In this document: one piece after another, positions 1 through 15,605 of the stretch
How positions within the stretch are numbered: position 1 is the stretch's first letter
How the letters are laid out: every line of letters begins with the position of its first letter
Assembly: GCA_964016885.1 (NCBI GenBank)
Contig: OZ024740.1
Coordinates: 225,680,001 to 225,744,000 of the forward strand
DNA length: 64,000 nucleotides
Source of the DNA: Eledone cirrhosa
Taxonomy: Eukaryota
Reading direction: 5' to 3'
The notes under the pieces: generated by a model
The model's database searches: none
Told to the model about the DNA's origin: nothing
The model's input: the letters and a program-made list of their open reading frames with translations, nothing else
Position numbers and translations under genes: made by a program

Positions 1-1260
<1,260 letters not shown>

Positions 1261-1850
1261 ATACTGTTGTCCACTGTGGTCTCCCCACACGAAACAAAGT
1301 ATCATGAAACTTGAAGCTCCTCAAAGGGCAATCACGAAAAAGATAGATGGCATGTCAGACCTTGACTACTGGGGTCGATTGGAAAACCTGAAACTTTACT
1401 CACTCCAACGTCGCCGTGAGCGTTATATTATCTGCATGATGTGGAAAATGTTCCATCATCACTGCCCAAATGATGTTGGCATCGCCTTCAAGATACACCC
1501 AAGGCTTGGGCCCCGTGCTATCCGTCCCATTCAAAAATCTAAATCGCAACTCATAACAACAATACGGCACAATTATTTCACCTCAATCGGCCCTGCTCTC
1601 TTCAACATCACACCAGGACACGTCAAAACAGAAACTGACCACTCAAAATTCAAGAAGTCTTTGGACAAATTCCTCCAAGTAATCCCGGACAAACCACCCA
1701 CACCCGGATATGTCTCCGCAAACAGTAATTCTCTTCTCGAATGGGCCATGGTGCCCAAATCCTGAATTGAAAGACTTCGCCAGGTGGTGCTATTAAGTTA
1801 GACATGGCCTGGGCCAATACTGGCCAAAACATTTCAAAGTTATTCAAAGT

Positions 1851-1852
<2 letters not shown>
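1261..1852 (+). mobile_element. LINE family A (CR1/L2-group) 3' fragment, copy 1
   Basis: Encodes RT C-terminal region YCCPLWSPH...[13 protein letters not shown]...[12 protein letters not shown], stop at 1765, short 3' UTR ending in (TTCAAAGTTA)2. Confidence 0.9.
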
Positions 1853-1913
<61 letters not shown>

Positions 1914-1930
1914 GTATATATATATGTATA

Positions 1931-2643
1931 TAACTTTGAATAACTTTGAATAACTTTGAAATGTTTTGGCCAGTATTGGCCCAGGCCATGTCTAACTTAA
2001 TAGCACCACCTGGCGAAGTCTTTCAATTCAGGATTTGGGCACCATGGCCCATTCGAGAAGAGAATTACTGTTTGCGGAGACATATCCGGGTGTGGGTGGT
2101 TTGTCCGGGATTACTTGGAGGAATTTGTCCAAAGACTTCTTGAATTTTGTGTGGTCAGTTTCTGTTTTGACGTGTCCTGGTGTGATGTTGAAGAGAGCAG
2201 GGCCGATTGAGGTGAAATAATTGTGCCGTATTGTTGTTATGAGTTGCGATTTAGATTTTTGAATGGGACGGATAGCACGGGGCCCAAGCCTTGGGTGTAT
2301 CTTGAAGGCGATGCCAACATCATTTGGGCAGTGATGATGGAACATTTTCCACATCATGCAGATAATATAACGCTCACGGCGACGTTGGAGTGAGTAAAGT
2401 TTCAGGTTTTCTAATCGACCCCTGTAGTCAAGGTCTGACATGCCATCTATCTTTTTCGTGGTTGCCCTTTGAGGAGCTTCAAGTTTCATGATACTTTGTT
2501 TCGTGTGGGGAGACCACAGTGGACAACAGTATTCAAGGTGTGGTCGGGCGAAAGTAGAGAAGAGAAGGATAATGGTGCGGGAATCTCTCGACTGGAAGGT
2601 TCTGAGGATCCAGGAACACATTCTGCGGGCCATGTCAACTTGT
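1931..2643 (-). mobile_element. LINE family A 3' fragment, copy 2
   Basis: ORF 2028..2633 (WILRTF...[14 protein letters not shown]...), tail (TTCAAAGTTA)3; near-identical inverted partner of 1261-1852. Confidence 0.9.
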
Positions 2644-2752
2644 ATATATATATATGTATATATATATAAGTATATATATATATATATGTATGTATATATA
2701 TATGTATGTATGTATATATATGTATGTGTATGTATGTATATATATGTATGTG

Positions 2753-2784
<32 letters not shown>

Positions 2785-2892
2785 TATATATGTATGTATG
2801 TATATGTATGTATATATATATACGTATATGTATATATGTATGTATATGTATATATGTATGTATATGTATATATGTATGTATATATGTATGTG

Positions 2893-2923
<31 letters not shown>

Positions 2924-3226
2924 ATGTATATATGTATGTATATGTATATATGTATGTATATATGTATATGTATATATGTATGTATATGTATAATTGTATG
3001 TATATATATATATATGTATGTAAATGTATATATGTATGTATATGTATATATGTATGTATATATGTATATGTATATATGTATGTATATGTATATATGTATG
3101 TATATATATATATGTATATATGTATGTATATATATATATGTATGTATATGTATATATGTATGTATATGTATATATGTATGTATATATGTATATGTATGTA
3201 TATATATATAAATATATATGTATATG

Positions 3227-3276
<50 letters not shown>

Positions 3277-3333
3277 TATATATATATATGTATATATGTA
3301 TGTATATATATATATATGTATATATGTATGTAT

Positions 3334-3374
<41 letters not shown>

Positions 3375-3754
3375 TATATATGTATGTATGTAAATATGTA
3401 TGTATGTATATATATATATATGTATGTATGTGTATGTATGTATGTATATATATATATATGTATGTATATGTATATATGTATGTATATATATATATGTATG
3501 TAAATATGTATGTATGTATATATATATATGTATGTATGTGTATGTATGTATGTATGTATATATATATATGTATGTATGTATATGTATGTATATATATGTA
3601 TGTATGTGTATGTATGTATATATATATATATATATATATGTATATGTATGTATATATATATATATGTATGTGTATGTATGTATATATATATATATATATG
3701 TATGTGTATGTATGTATATATATATATATATGTATGTATATGTATGTATATATG

Positions 3755-3825
<71 letters not shown>

Positions 3826-3930
3826 GTATATATATATATATGTATATATATATGTATATATATATATATGTATATATATATGTATATTTATATATATATG
3901 TATGTATATATATATATGTATATATATAGG

Positions 3931-4025
<95 letters not shown>

Positions 4026-4050
4026 GTATATATATATATATATGTATATA

Positions 4051-4135
<85 letters not shown>

Positions 4136-4219
4136 GTATATATATATGTGTATATATATATGTGTATATGTATATATATATGTATATATATATATATGTA
4201 TATATATATATGTGTATAT

Positions 4220-4257
<38 letters not shown>

Positions 4258-4270
4258 GTATATATATATG

Positions 4271-4305
<35 letters not shown>

Positions 4306-4306
4306 G

Positions 4307-4392
<86 letters not shown>
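2644..4392. repeat. (TA)n/(TATG)n microsatellite
   Basis: Direct inspection. Confidence 0.98.
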
Positions 4393-4394
<2 letters not shown>

Positions 4395-6814
4395 CTCTTT
4401 TACTCTTTTACTCTTTTACTCTTTTACCTGTTTCAGCAATCCGGCTGAGGCCATGCTGGGGCACCGCCCTTGTTGCTACACATTTTATCTCCAGCCTGTA
4501 TAGGTTGGCCACTGGTGTAGGAGGGAGTTTGTTGCTGCTGCCCTTAGGTTTCCCTCGTGTCTTGCTGTGGGCTCATCCGGGATCCTGGATAACAAGGTGT
4601 CGAGATGTTTCTTAAAGACATCCACCTCCACGTCATGCAAGTCTCGCCGATGCCTCGGCAGCCTGTTGAAGAGTTGAGGGCCCTTGAATCCCAGGCTATT
4701 GCAATACCTGCTCCTTATTCTAGATGTGGAAGACGGGACCTTTGGCACCACACAGTGACGTCCTGTTCGACGGTTGGTCCAGCTCCCAATGCCAAAGTTT
4801 GGTGCTAGTCCCTCCAGGATTTTCCACATGTAGATCTCTGCGTATCTCTCCCGTCTTCGCTCCAAGGAGTAGAGGTTCAGTTCCTTCAGCCTCTCCCAGT
4901 AGCTTGTCTCCCTCATCTTGGCAATCCTCTTGGTGTAGCTTCGCTGGATTGCCTCAAGCTCTGTGGTTAGTTTGACACTATGGGGTGACCACAGCTGGGA
5001 GCAGTAGTCCAGGCGGCTTAGGACAAAAGTCCTCCACAGTGTCAACATGGTGTCTCGATCTCTTGTAAGGAAAGTCCTCAAGATCCAGCCAGCGAATCGT
5101 CTACATGCTGTCGCCACCTTCATGATGTGTGAAGAAAAAGATGCATCATCGCTCATGTCTATGCCCAGGTCTCGTATCGATTTTGACACGGGGATATCGG
5201 TCCCTCCTGGTCCTGTGTAGCTGTGTTCCGCTATATTTGTGTTTGTGTTTGCAGGTTTGTATTGTAGGGCTTGGAATTTGCCAGCATTAAACTGCATGTT
5301 GTTTTCTTCCGCCCATCTGTATATGGCATCCAGATCCTGCTGTAAGAGGGCAGCGTCAGCCGGGTTTTTGATTGCCTGTGCTACCTTAGTGTCATCAGCA
5401 TAGCTAGTGAGGGATGTTGTTGCATGCACCACAGAGGGCATGTCCGAGAGAGCCACCAAAAACAGTAGTGGTCCCAGGACTGTCCCCTGAGGCACCCCAC
5501 TTGTTATCGGTGTTTCCCTCGAGAGGGCCCCATTTGCTGCGACTGCCTGGCTTCTGTCCCTTAAGAAGCCATGCAGCCACTCACCTACTTTTCCAGTTAT
5601 GCCGAGTCCGTGTAGTTTGTGACATATCATTCCGTGGTCGACCTTGTCAAAGGCCTTCGCAAAGTCAAGATATATCACGTCTACATGTGAGCTGTCTAGT
5701 AGTTGTCTCAGTACCCAGTCGTAGTGATGTAGCAGCTGTGTAAGGCAGCTTCTTCCTGGGCGGAAGCCATGTTGCGTGCTAGTCAGGCGGTCATTTTCTT
5801 CGAGGAAAGTGATTAGTTTCTTTCTGACGACTCGCTCCATGACCTTACTGATATGCGACGTCAGGGAGACTGGCCTATAGTTCTTGGCCTCCGCTCTACT
5901 ACCTCCTTTATGGATAGGGCATATTGTGCCTTCTTTCAGCTCCCTGGGTAGTACACCGCTAGCCAAGGAGCTTCTGAAGAGCATCTTCAGTGGAGTTGCT
6001 AAGGCCCGCTTACATATTTTTAGGAGAACTGCTGGGAATCCATCAGGTCCAGCAGCCGAGTCTGTTCTAATTTCATCAATGGCGTACACCACATCCTCCT
6101 CCGTTATGTCTATGTGGTTGATGGTTGCCATTTCTTGATGTAGTGTTGTGGCATCAAAGAACTCCTCTGGCTTCGTTATTTGCATGTGCCTCAGTGGACA
6201 TGTGAAGACACTTTTGTACTGTTCGTTCAGTATTTCACATATCTCTTGGGGATTTTCGGTTAATGAACCGTCCGTGTGGAAGAGTGGTCCAATCTTGCAG
6301 TGTACTGAGGCAGTTTCTTTTGCAAATTTAAAGAACGCCTTAGGGTTTGTTTTAATGTTTTCTATGGCCCTGTTCTCTTTTCTTGCCCTCTCATTCTCAT
6401 GTGAAAGCTTGAGTGCAATCTCGGTGTCAAGTAGTGCACGTTTCAAATAGGATTCCTTCTTGTTTTGGTTTTGTTGACTATTCAACTGGTTTGAGAGTTT
6501 AGTTCTACGTCTCATAAGGATTTTCCTATCTCTGGGAATAAGATTTTTGTGTCTGTTTGCCTCTTTCTCCGGGACACACTTATTGCATATGGTGTGTATC
6601 GTTGTCATGAAGTGTTGAAATTGTGTGTTAGTGTCTTGTGTGGCGATGTTTGCACTCCATGTTTGCTTCCGGATTTCACTCTTAATCTTCTTCCAGTCAG
6701 CCCCGTAGAAGTTAAGGCTGGATAGCGTCCCGGAGCTTCTTGGTGGTTTTGTCTCTGTTGGTTCTCTTGGACCACATATCATTAGCTCTACCAAGTTATG
6801 ATCCGAGAGAATTG
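4393..6814 (-). mobile_element. LINE family B (CR1/L2-group), 5'-truncated, young
   Basis: Long RT ORF, short 3' UTR, 8-bp terminal tandem repeat (AAAGAGTA)4, (TA)n on both sides. Confidence 0.93.
4485..6812 (-). CDS. LINE ORF2 remnant: end of APE endonuclease, linker, complete reverse transcriptase and C-terminal domain
   Basis: Frame open from [10 protein letters not shown] (APE SDH motif); RT motifs [51 protein letters not shown]; no stops over 769+ aa. Confidence 0.92.
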   Translation of the reverse strand: MLSDHNLVELMICGPREPTETKPPRSSGTLSSLNFYGADWKKIKSEIRKQTWSANIATQDTNTQFQHFMTTIHTICNKCVPEKEANRHKNLIPRDRKILMRRRTKLSNQLNSQQNQNKKESYLKRALLDTEIALKLSHENERARKENRAIENIKTNPKAFFKFAKETASVHCKIGPLFHTDGSLTENPQEICEILNEQYKSVFTCPLRHMQITKPEEFFDATTLHQEMATINHIDITEEDVVYAIDEIRTDSAAGPDGFPAVLLKICKRALATPLKMLFRSSLASGVLPRELKEGTICPIHKGGSRAEAKNYRPVSLTSHISKVMERVVRKKLITFLEENDRLTSTQHGFRPGRSCLTQLLHHYDWVLRQLLDSSHVDVIYLDFAKAFDKVDHGMICHKLHGLGITGKVGEWLHGFLRDRSQAVAANGALSRETPITSGVPQGTVLGPLLFLVALSDMPSVVHATTSLTSYADDTKVAQAIKNPADAALLQQDLDAIYRWAEENNMQFNAGKFQALQYKPANTNTNIAEHSYTGPGGTDIPVSKSIRDLGIDMSDDASFSSHIMKVATACRRFAGWILRTFLTRDRDTMLTLWRTFVLSRLDYCSQLWSPHSVKLTTELEAIQRSYTKRIAKMRETSYWERLKELNLYSLERRRERYAEIYMWKILEGLAPNFGIGSWTNRRTGRHCVVPKVPSSTSRIRSRYCNSLGFKGPQLFNRLPRHRRDLHDVEVDVFKKHLDTLLSRIPDEPTARHEGNLRAAATNSLLHQWPTYTGWR

Positions 6815-8714
<1,900 letters not shown>

Positions 8715-9427
8715 TAACTTTGAATAACTTTGAATAACTTTGAAATGTTTTGGCCAGTATTGGCCCAGGCCATGTCTAACTTAATAGCACCACCTGGCGA
8801 AGTCTTTCAATTCAGGATTTGGGCACCATGGCCCATTCGAGAAGAGAATTACTGTTTGCGGAGACATATCCGGGTGTGGGTGGTTTGTCCGGGATTACTT
8901 GGAGGAATTTGTCCAAAGACTTCTTGAATTTTGTGTGGTCAGTTTCTGTTTTGACGTGTCCTGGTGTGATGTTGAAGAGAGCAGGGCCGATTGAGGTGAA
9001 ATAATTGTGCCGTATTGTTGTTATGAGTTGCGATTTAGATTTTTGAATGGGACGGATAGCACGGGGCCCAAGCCTTGGGTGTATCTTGAAGGCGATGCCA
9101 ACATCATTTGGGCAGTGATGATGGAACATTTTCCACATCATGCAGATAATATAACGCTCACGGCGACGTTGGAGTGAGTAAAGTTTCAGGTTTTCTAATC
9201 GACCCCAGTAGTCAAGGTCTGACATGCCATCTATCTTTTTCGTGATTGCCCTTTGAGGAGCTTCAAGTTTCATGATACTTTGTTTCGTGTGGGGAGACCA
9301 CAGTGGACAACAGTATTCAAGGTGTGGTCGGGCGAAAGTAGAGAAGAGAAGGATAATGGTGCGGGAATCTCTCGACTGGAAGGTTCTGAGGATCCAGGAA
9401 CACATTCTGCGGGCCATGTCAACTTGT
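8715..9427 (-). mobile_element. LINE family A 3' fragment, copy 3
   Basis: Same truncation point, tail number and flanking microsatellite variants as 1931-2643 (offset 6784 bp). Confidence 0.9.
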
Positions 9428-9534
9428 ATATATATATATGTATATATATATAAGTATATATATATATATGTATGTATATATATATGTATGTATGTATATA
9501 TATGTATGTGTATGTATGTATATATATGTATGTG

Positions 9535-9566
<32 letters not shown>

Positions 9567-9580
9567 TATATGTATGTATG

Positions 9581-9621
<41 letters not shown>

Positions 9622-9625
9622 GTAT

Positions 9626-9659
<34 letters not shown>

Positions 9660-9689
9660 GTGGATATATATATATATATGTATGTATAT

Positions 9690-11383
9690 TCTGTGTGTGT
9701 GTTGTGTGCTCAGTCTGCGCATGCGCCAAATCCGGGTGTCTGTGTGTGTTTATGTTCATTTATTTATTTGTTTATTTACATGTTACTGGTTGTTTGTTTG
9801 TTCTATGTGTGTGTGTGTTTTCATCTTGTCCTTAATTGTAAGTTGTGATGTTGCTGTTCCACTCATATTATCTATTTAATTTTGGTTGTAATTCTTTTAT
9901 GTTTATTGCCTCTGTAATTTGTCTAAACATTGCGTCTTTTCTGTGTGTAGATTCTATTTTTATTTCTATGTCCTCTAATTTACGCTTGTGTTCTAATTTA
10001 GCATGTTGGTAGAGTACAGATGATTCTTTATTATCCTGAAGGTCTCGCCAGTGTTCATTTATCCGTTCCCTTACACTACGAGCTGTCTCACCTATGTACA
10101 CTATATTTTTGTCTCTACATTGTCCTTCAGTACATCTTATGCTATACACTACATTTCTAGTTTTACAATTAATATGGGGGCTTATTTTACAGGTTATACA
10201 TTTCTTATCTATACATTAGGGTCTTTGAAAAGGGTATGTCTTGCTAATAAGTGTTTTTACGGAGGTACCTGGTCTTTCTACTATCTTAATATTGAGTTTA
10301 TGTTTATTTAGGGCGCTTCTAAATTTGTAAGCTAATTCACCTCTAGGGGTTGTATCGATGAACATTACACTCTGCTATTTATTGCTATCATACTATGAGT
10401 TTATTCTATTAGCCTTGTTCCTAGTTCTTTCTATTCTATTCCAAAATTTTCTCCTATACTAGGGGCAGGTCCCATTTATGTCATTATTTACCATTTTTTC
10501 CCATTTGGTTCTGGCTCCTCTATACACTCTGATTTTATCTCTCTGATTGTAGCCAGAGAACTGCATACGGTGGATGAAGTGTTGTATGTGTCTCTGTAGT
10601 TCTTCGGGGTTGCACATGCGGGACACATTTCTCATCACCCGTACCAAATTCGCAATCAGTATGTTGATTTTGGTATGGTCCGAAATGGCCGAGTTTCGGT
10701 GGATCAGATGTTTGGAAGTCATGGGTTTGGCATAATGGGAATGGAGGATTTGTTTTTTGTTGTTAATGGTATCTAAATAGAACACAAGGGTAAATTAGAG
10801 AACATAGAAATAAAAGTAGAATCTACACACAGAAAAGACGCAATGTTTAGACAAATTACAGAGGCAATAAACATAAAAGAATTACAACCAAAATTAAATG
10901 GAAGTGGAACAGCAACATCACAACTTACAATTAAGGACAAAATGAAAACACACACACACATAGAACAAACAGCCAACCAGTAACATGTAAATAAACAAAC
11001 AAATAGATGAACATAAAAACACACAGACACCCGGATGTGGCGCATGCGCAGACTGAGCACACGACACACACACAGAAACAAAATGGCGTAGGACAGAACA
11101 AAGGAGAGGCACAGAAACAAAGAAAGGAATCCCCAGTCACTGAAGAGGTCACAGACTGTGTGACGAAAGAACTATGACTATATATAAACAACTATCTGGT
11201 TGTGGAACCAACCAACCAACCAGAAATTTATAAATTTATAAATTTATAAAAATATAATAAATTGAAGTGAAAGCACCTGGTGTGTGTGTTTCTTATTGGC
11301 AACATGACCCTCTCAAAGTATAACAATATCGGTTTCAACACACGATTTCAGATAAAGAATCTTGCTAAACAAATTCAGAAACG
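9690..11383. mobile_element. Penelope-like element fragment, head-to-head arms (9690-10776 minus, 10777-11383 plus)
   Basis: Minus arm encodes RT thumb (HYAKPMTSKH) and GIY-YIG (VYSIRC...VYIGETARS...RINEH) with stops; plus arm is ORF end plus pLTR; same family as 60097-63775. Confidence 0.92.
11135..11179 (+). ncRNA. Minimal type I hammerhead ribozyme in Penelope pLTR
   Basis: AGTCA-CTGAAGA-g-GTCACA...TGTGAC-GAAA-gaac-TA-TGACT: stem I AGTCA/TGACT, stem II 6 bp, minimal stem III. Confidence 0.85.
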
Positions 11384-11399
11384 ATATATATATATATAT

Positions 11400-12050
11400 A
11401 TGAGAGACGTAAGATAAGAAAATTATAAAATTATAAAAAAATTATAAAATTGACTTACTTACTAAAATATCACTTCCAACTAATTAGTTTCTGGAATGGA
11501 GTAAATATATTTTCCGAAGAATATATAGAAAAGCATTCCGTCGTCAGGAAAGTCTATTTTCATGAAAGTTTCCAGGCATAGCGAGGACTCTGGAAACTTA
11601 TTAAAAAATAATTCAGTGGAAAGGAAATAGCGAAGCGTGGACTGAAATCCTAGCCATTGAGAAAATCACTGCCTCTACGTCTGTGGCAAATTCAAAAAGA
11701 ATCAATCACGTGACATCGAGATCAATCAGTGGAAAGCGAGTTGTTAATAAGACAGCGGCCTGCCTACTACTATAGCAGCAGTCATGGCCAATATTGCTCG
11801 ACAAATGAATTGGAGATAATTATAAAGAATTTATATCTAGTAACATTTATATACATACAGATGCATATCAATGCTAGCAAATATATAGGTTTTGTCTTAG
11901 TAACATTGTGGTTCAATGCATGGGGTTGCAGAACCATAATATGAGAGACGTAAGATAAGAAAATTATAAAATTATAAAAAAATTATAAAATTGACTTACT
12001 TACTAAAATATCACTTCCAACTAATTAGTTTCTGGAATGGAGTAAATATA
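11400..12050 (-). mobile_element. ORF-less 540-bp unit (1.2 tandem copies) carrying an HHR; retrozyme-like or solo pLTR
   Basis: 11400-11510 repeated at 11940-12050; diverged copy at 29060-29460; (TA)n flanks. Confidence 0.75.
11472..11553 (-). ncRNA. Type I hammerhead ribozyme with palindromic stem III
   Basis: Minus strand ACTTTC-CTGACGA-cGGAATG...CATTCCa-GAAA-CTAATTAG-TT-GGAAGT. Confidence 0.82.
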
Positions 12051-12076
12051 TATATATATATTTATGTGTGTGTGTG

Positions 12077-12149
<73 letters not shown>

Positions 12150-12251
12150 TCTGTAACAGAACTTGCCTCGAGCTGATCGACGGAGAAACATATGTAATAT
12201 GTTAATATATGTGAGATAATGCAACACTGATTCCTTGTTCTTTATAATATA

Positions 12252-12593
12252 CTAGCAGTGGTACCTGGCGTTGCACAGGATAAAGTATTTTGGAACGCGG
12301 GCCGCCAACAGACCTAATCGTGGAAAAAAATGCATGCCTCGACATTATGTAAAAAAAATAAACAGAATACTCTGATGGCTGGATAATCTTTAAGGTTTTC
12401 CTCGATGAAGCAGAAAAAAATGCAGATTTTCACATAATGCGGGCCCTAGGGCATCAAAGAAATGAATTTTTTTCATGTGCATAATATACCTTGAAATTTC
12501 GGGTAAATCGGTTAGACATAACGCCTTAAAAAGCCCCCAAAAGCTGAAAACAATGAAGTTTTTCACCGAATGCGGGCCTTTAGTCATAAAAAA

Positions 12594-12595
<2 letters not shown>
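12252..12595 (-). mobile_element. Non-autonomous Helitron 3'-end fragment
   Basis: CTAGCAGTGGTACCTGGCGTTGCACAGG resembles the CTAG + hairpin end at 62744; right boundary approximate. Confidence 0.55.
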
Positions 12596-12651
<56 letters not shown>

Positions 12652-13304
12652 TGATGTAAAAAGTAAGTGGAAATATCCATGAGTAAGAACACTCAGTTCA
12701 TACGACGAGTTTAGTATAAATAATTACAACAGTGACATAAACAGGTACTCAGGTTTCGTTGGGTTCTGGGCCACAATTCTTTCACTGTTGTAATCTGTTG
12801 TTTCTGAAGAAGACGGTCTGATCGAACCTATATATTCGGTCTTATGGTATACAGTTATATAACTGTTATAGATCAGACAACATGACAATATGATCAACCA
12901 TCGTAAAACAATTATATGAATAGGTAAAATAATTGATATTGTTGTTTTTATTTTCATTGTTAATTTAATACCTAATATATATAATTACTTAAAAAACAAC
13001 ACAATATAATTATTCCATTACCAAATGTTTCAAGAAACTTGACGATTTTTACAGAAACGTCCAGGCCGTTCATTACATAAAATAATTGTTTTGGATATAA
13101 ATTTTGAAATTGATATCTATTAACAGTGGAAGTGAGGGTGAGTTAAAATAACATCTTATAACGGAAAATATATATATACATACATACAAATATAAATATA
13201 TAGACACGTAAATAAAACCACATGCAGGCATCTATATGTACAGCCATATACACTCATACTCATATATATAATCGCATCAACCATATACACTCATACACAG
13301 AAAG

Positions 13305-13360
<56 letters not shown>

Positions 13361-13406
13361 GAAAGGTATAGAAAGTATTGTAGCAAGAAGCCAACAGTAT
13401 TCCATA

Positions 13407-13437
<31 letters not shown>

Positions 13438-13660
13438 TCATGGCTGCCCCCTCGTTATCAAGTATGGCCATTGCGCGATATACCATTATTAGAAATTGTT
13501 AATTAATTCTATCGTGCAATGCCTGTGCGTGAAGATATTTTTTAAAGTGAGGAAAGGCTGTGCACTGAGCCAATCCCACTCTCTGAGCGACAGTAGCTAT
13601 AACCCGAAAAGAAGAAAAGATCAACATCATCGGTAACTACTGAGCCTCAGGTTTTATATC

Positions 13661-13962
13661 GGAGTTATCCCAGTTTTCTGAGTTGCCTTCTCCTAGAAGA
13701 ATGCCCTGACAAAGGCTAGGGGTCCTTCACTCCCAGTGGTTTAACCGCGCGGTACATGTGTATATACATATTTACACAATTTCGGATGGCCGTTGACTCT
13801 TATGAGTTCTTCGGCCCTTTATCTGGTTATGTCTTTTGTCCTGCAGGGTGTCCAAAATCACCCTCCTCACCAAGTAAACTTGGTGGGGTTGCCGGTTTAG
13901 TCGCCGTCGACACAGGTTGTACTGGGTTACATGTTACCAGTAGCAGTCAAGTGTGACCCAAC
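13661..13962 (-). mobile_element. Possible RTE-type LINE 5' UTR fragments
   Basis: GC-richer island; CTAGGAGAAGGCAACTC and CGACTAAACCGGCAACCCC recalled as typical of RTE 5' ends; not verified. Confidence 0.35.
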
Positions 13963-14210
13963 ATATATACATATATACATACACACACATACATATATAC
14001 ATACATATATATATATATACATAAACATATATATATATATATATATATATATACAAAATTAAAATTAAGGGTTGTCATGTCTGACATGTGAACTTACATT
14101 CTTTACAAATTATTCCCTGTGATTGTTTCATATGTTTATTTTATATATATATATGTCAATCTATTTCTAGTTTATATATATATATATATATATACATGCA
14201 TAAACATATG

Positions 14211-14260
<50 letters not shown>

Positions 14261-14267
<7 letters not shown>

Positions 14268-15083
14268 GAATGCATGTATACTATATTTGGCAATATACCG
14301 TATGTTTAATTAAAAACATTTTGAAGACCTTGCGCTATCATTTTTAAAGTAGTGACTATGTCACTTACTTCTTTTTTCCGGCACAAGAAGGGAGAGAAGC
14401 TAACAGAGTCTGTTTCAGGCTGTTGGCTATCCCCAGAGCAAATAAATATACCAAATATTGCCGGAAATTATAGAGGCTGGATTCTTATAGAATTCCAGTA
14501 ATAATCAGGAGCTGATTATACAGAGCGATTGCCGGTCCAGCAAAAATTAGGTATTAGGATTGGTGCTCTGAAATAACGATGTATACATGAAAGTATTATA
14601 GTATATTTGGCATTCTTTTGCCGAAAACAGCAGTAAGTTACATAGTGACTACTTTAAAAATGATAGCCAAGTTCTTCAAAATGTTTTTAATTAAACATTC
14701 GGTATATTGCCAAATATACTATACATACATTCATGTATACATCGCTATTTCAGAGCATCAATCCTAATACCTAACTTTTGCTGGACCAGCAATCGCTCTG
14801 TATAATCAGCTCCTGATTATTACTGGAATTCTATAAGAATCCAGCCTCTATAATTTTCGGCAAAGGCTGGGAGTACGTTGCTCTGAGGCTCGCCAACAGT
14901 GTGAAACAGACTCTCTTACCTTCTCTCCCTTCTTTTGCCGAAAAAAGAAGTAAGTGACATAGTCACTACTTTAAAAATGATAGCGCAAGGTCTTCAAAAT
15001 GTTTTTAATTAAACATACGGTATATTGCCAAATATACTATACATACATTCATGTATACATCGCTATTTCAGAGAATCAATCCT
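14261..15083. mobile_element. ORF-less ~320-bp unit: 1.1 inverted copies (14261-14612) plus 1.5 tandem copies (14613-15083)
   Basis: Direct repeat period ~317-321; each arm exceeds one unit and is differently permuted; degenerate CTGAGG(A)...GAAAC core at ~14880-14915. Confidence 0.75.
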
Positions 15084-15108
15084 CGGATGGCTGGAACATG
15101 TAAAAGAG

Positions 15109-15139
<31 letters not shown>

Positions 15140-15352
15140 GTACACACATATGCAACAATGATGATGATGAAGCTGGTGATGAAAATTTAGATTCATAGAT
15201 TAACACTTATCTTTGCCCCAGCCTGTATCTATAAGGAACATTTTATCGTAAAAAGATGGATGTTCACATAACCATAAAACTCTATCAGTTTCATTTATTA
15301 AAATAAAAACGTCATTAATTGTAGAGAAGAAATGTACTAAACTATTTGTTTT

Positions 15353-15399
<47 letters not shown>

Positions 15400-15435
15400 T
15401 TATACATATTCGCAGGAACACTACAGCATTATTAA

Positions 15436-15605
15436 TAATTGTTTCTAATTTTGGCACAAGGCCAGCAATTATCCCAGTGTATTACTGGTACTTTATTTTA
15501 TCGACCCCGTAAGGATGAAAGGCAAAGTTAACCTCGGCGAAATTTGAACTCAGACCATAAATGGCTTTAAAGCATGGCGTCAGACCCTCTACCGATACTG
15601 CCAAT
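15436..15605 (-). mobile_element. tRNA-derived SINE family 1
   Basis: A box TGGCAGTATCGG, B box GAGTTCAAATT, central GCCTTTCATCCTTACGGGGTCGATAAAATAAAGTACCAG, tail GGCCTTGTGCCAAAA..GAAAC(AAT)n. Confidence 0.85.

Noticed and set aside
12800-12835. CTGAAGA...GAA hammerhead-like string
   Set aside because: No GAAA/stem III or stem I
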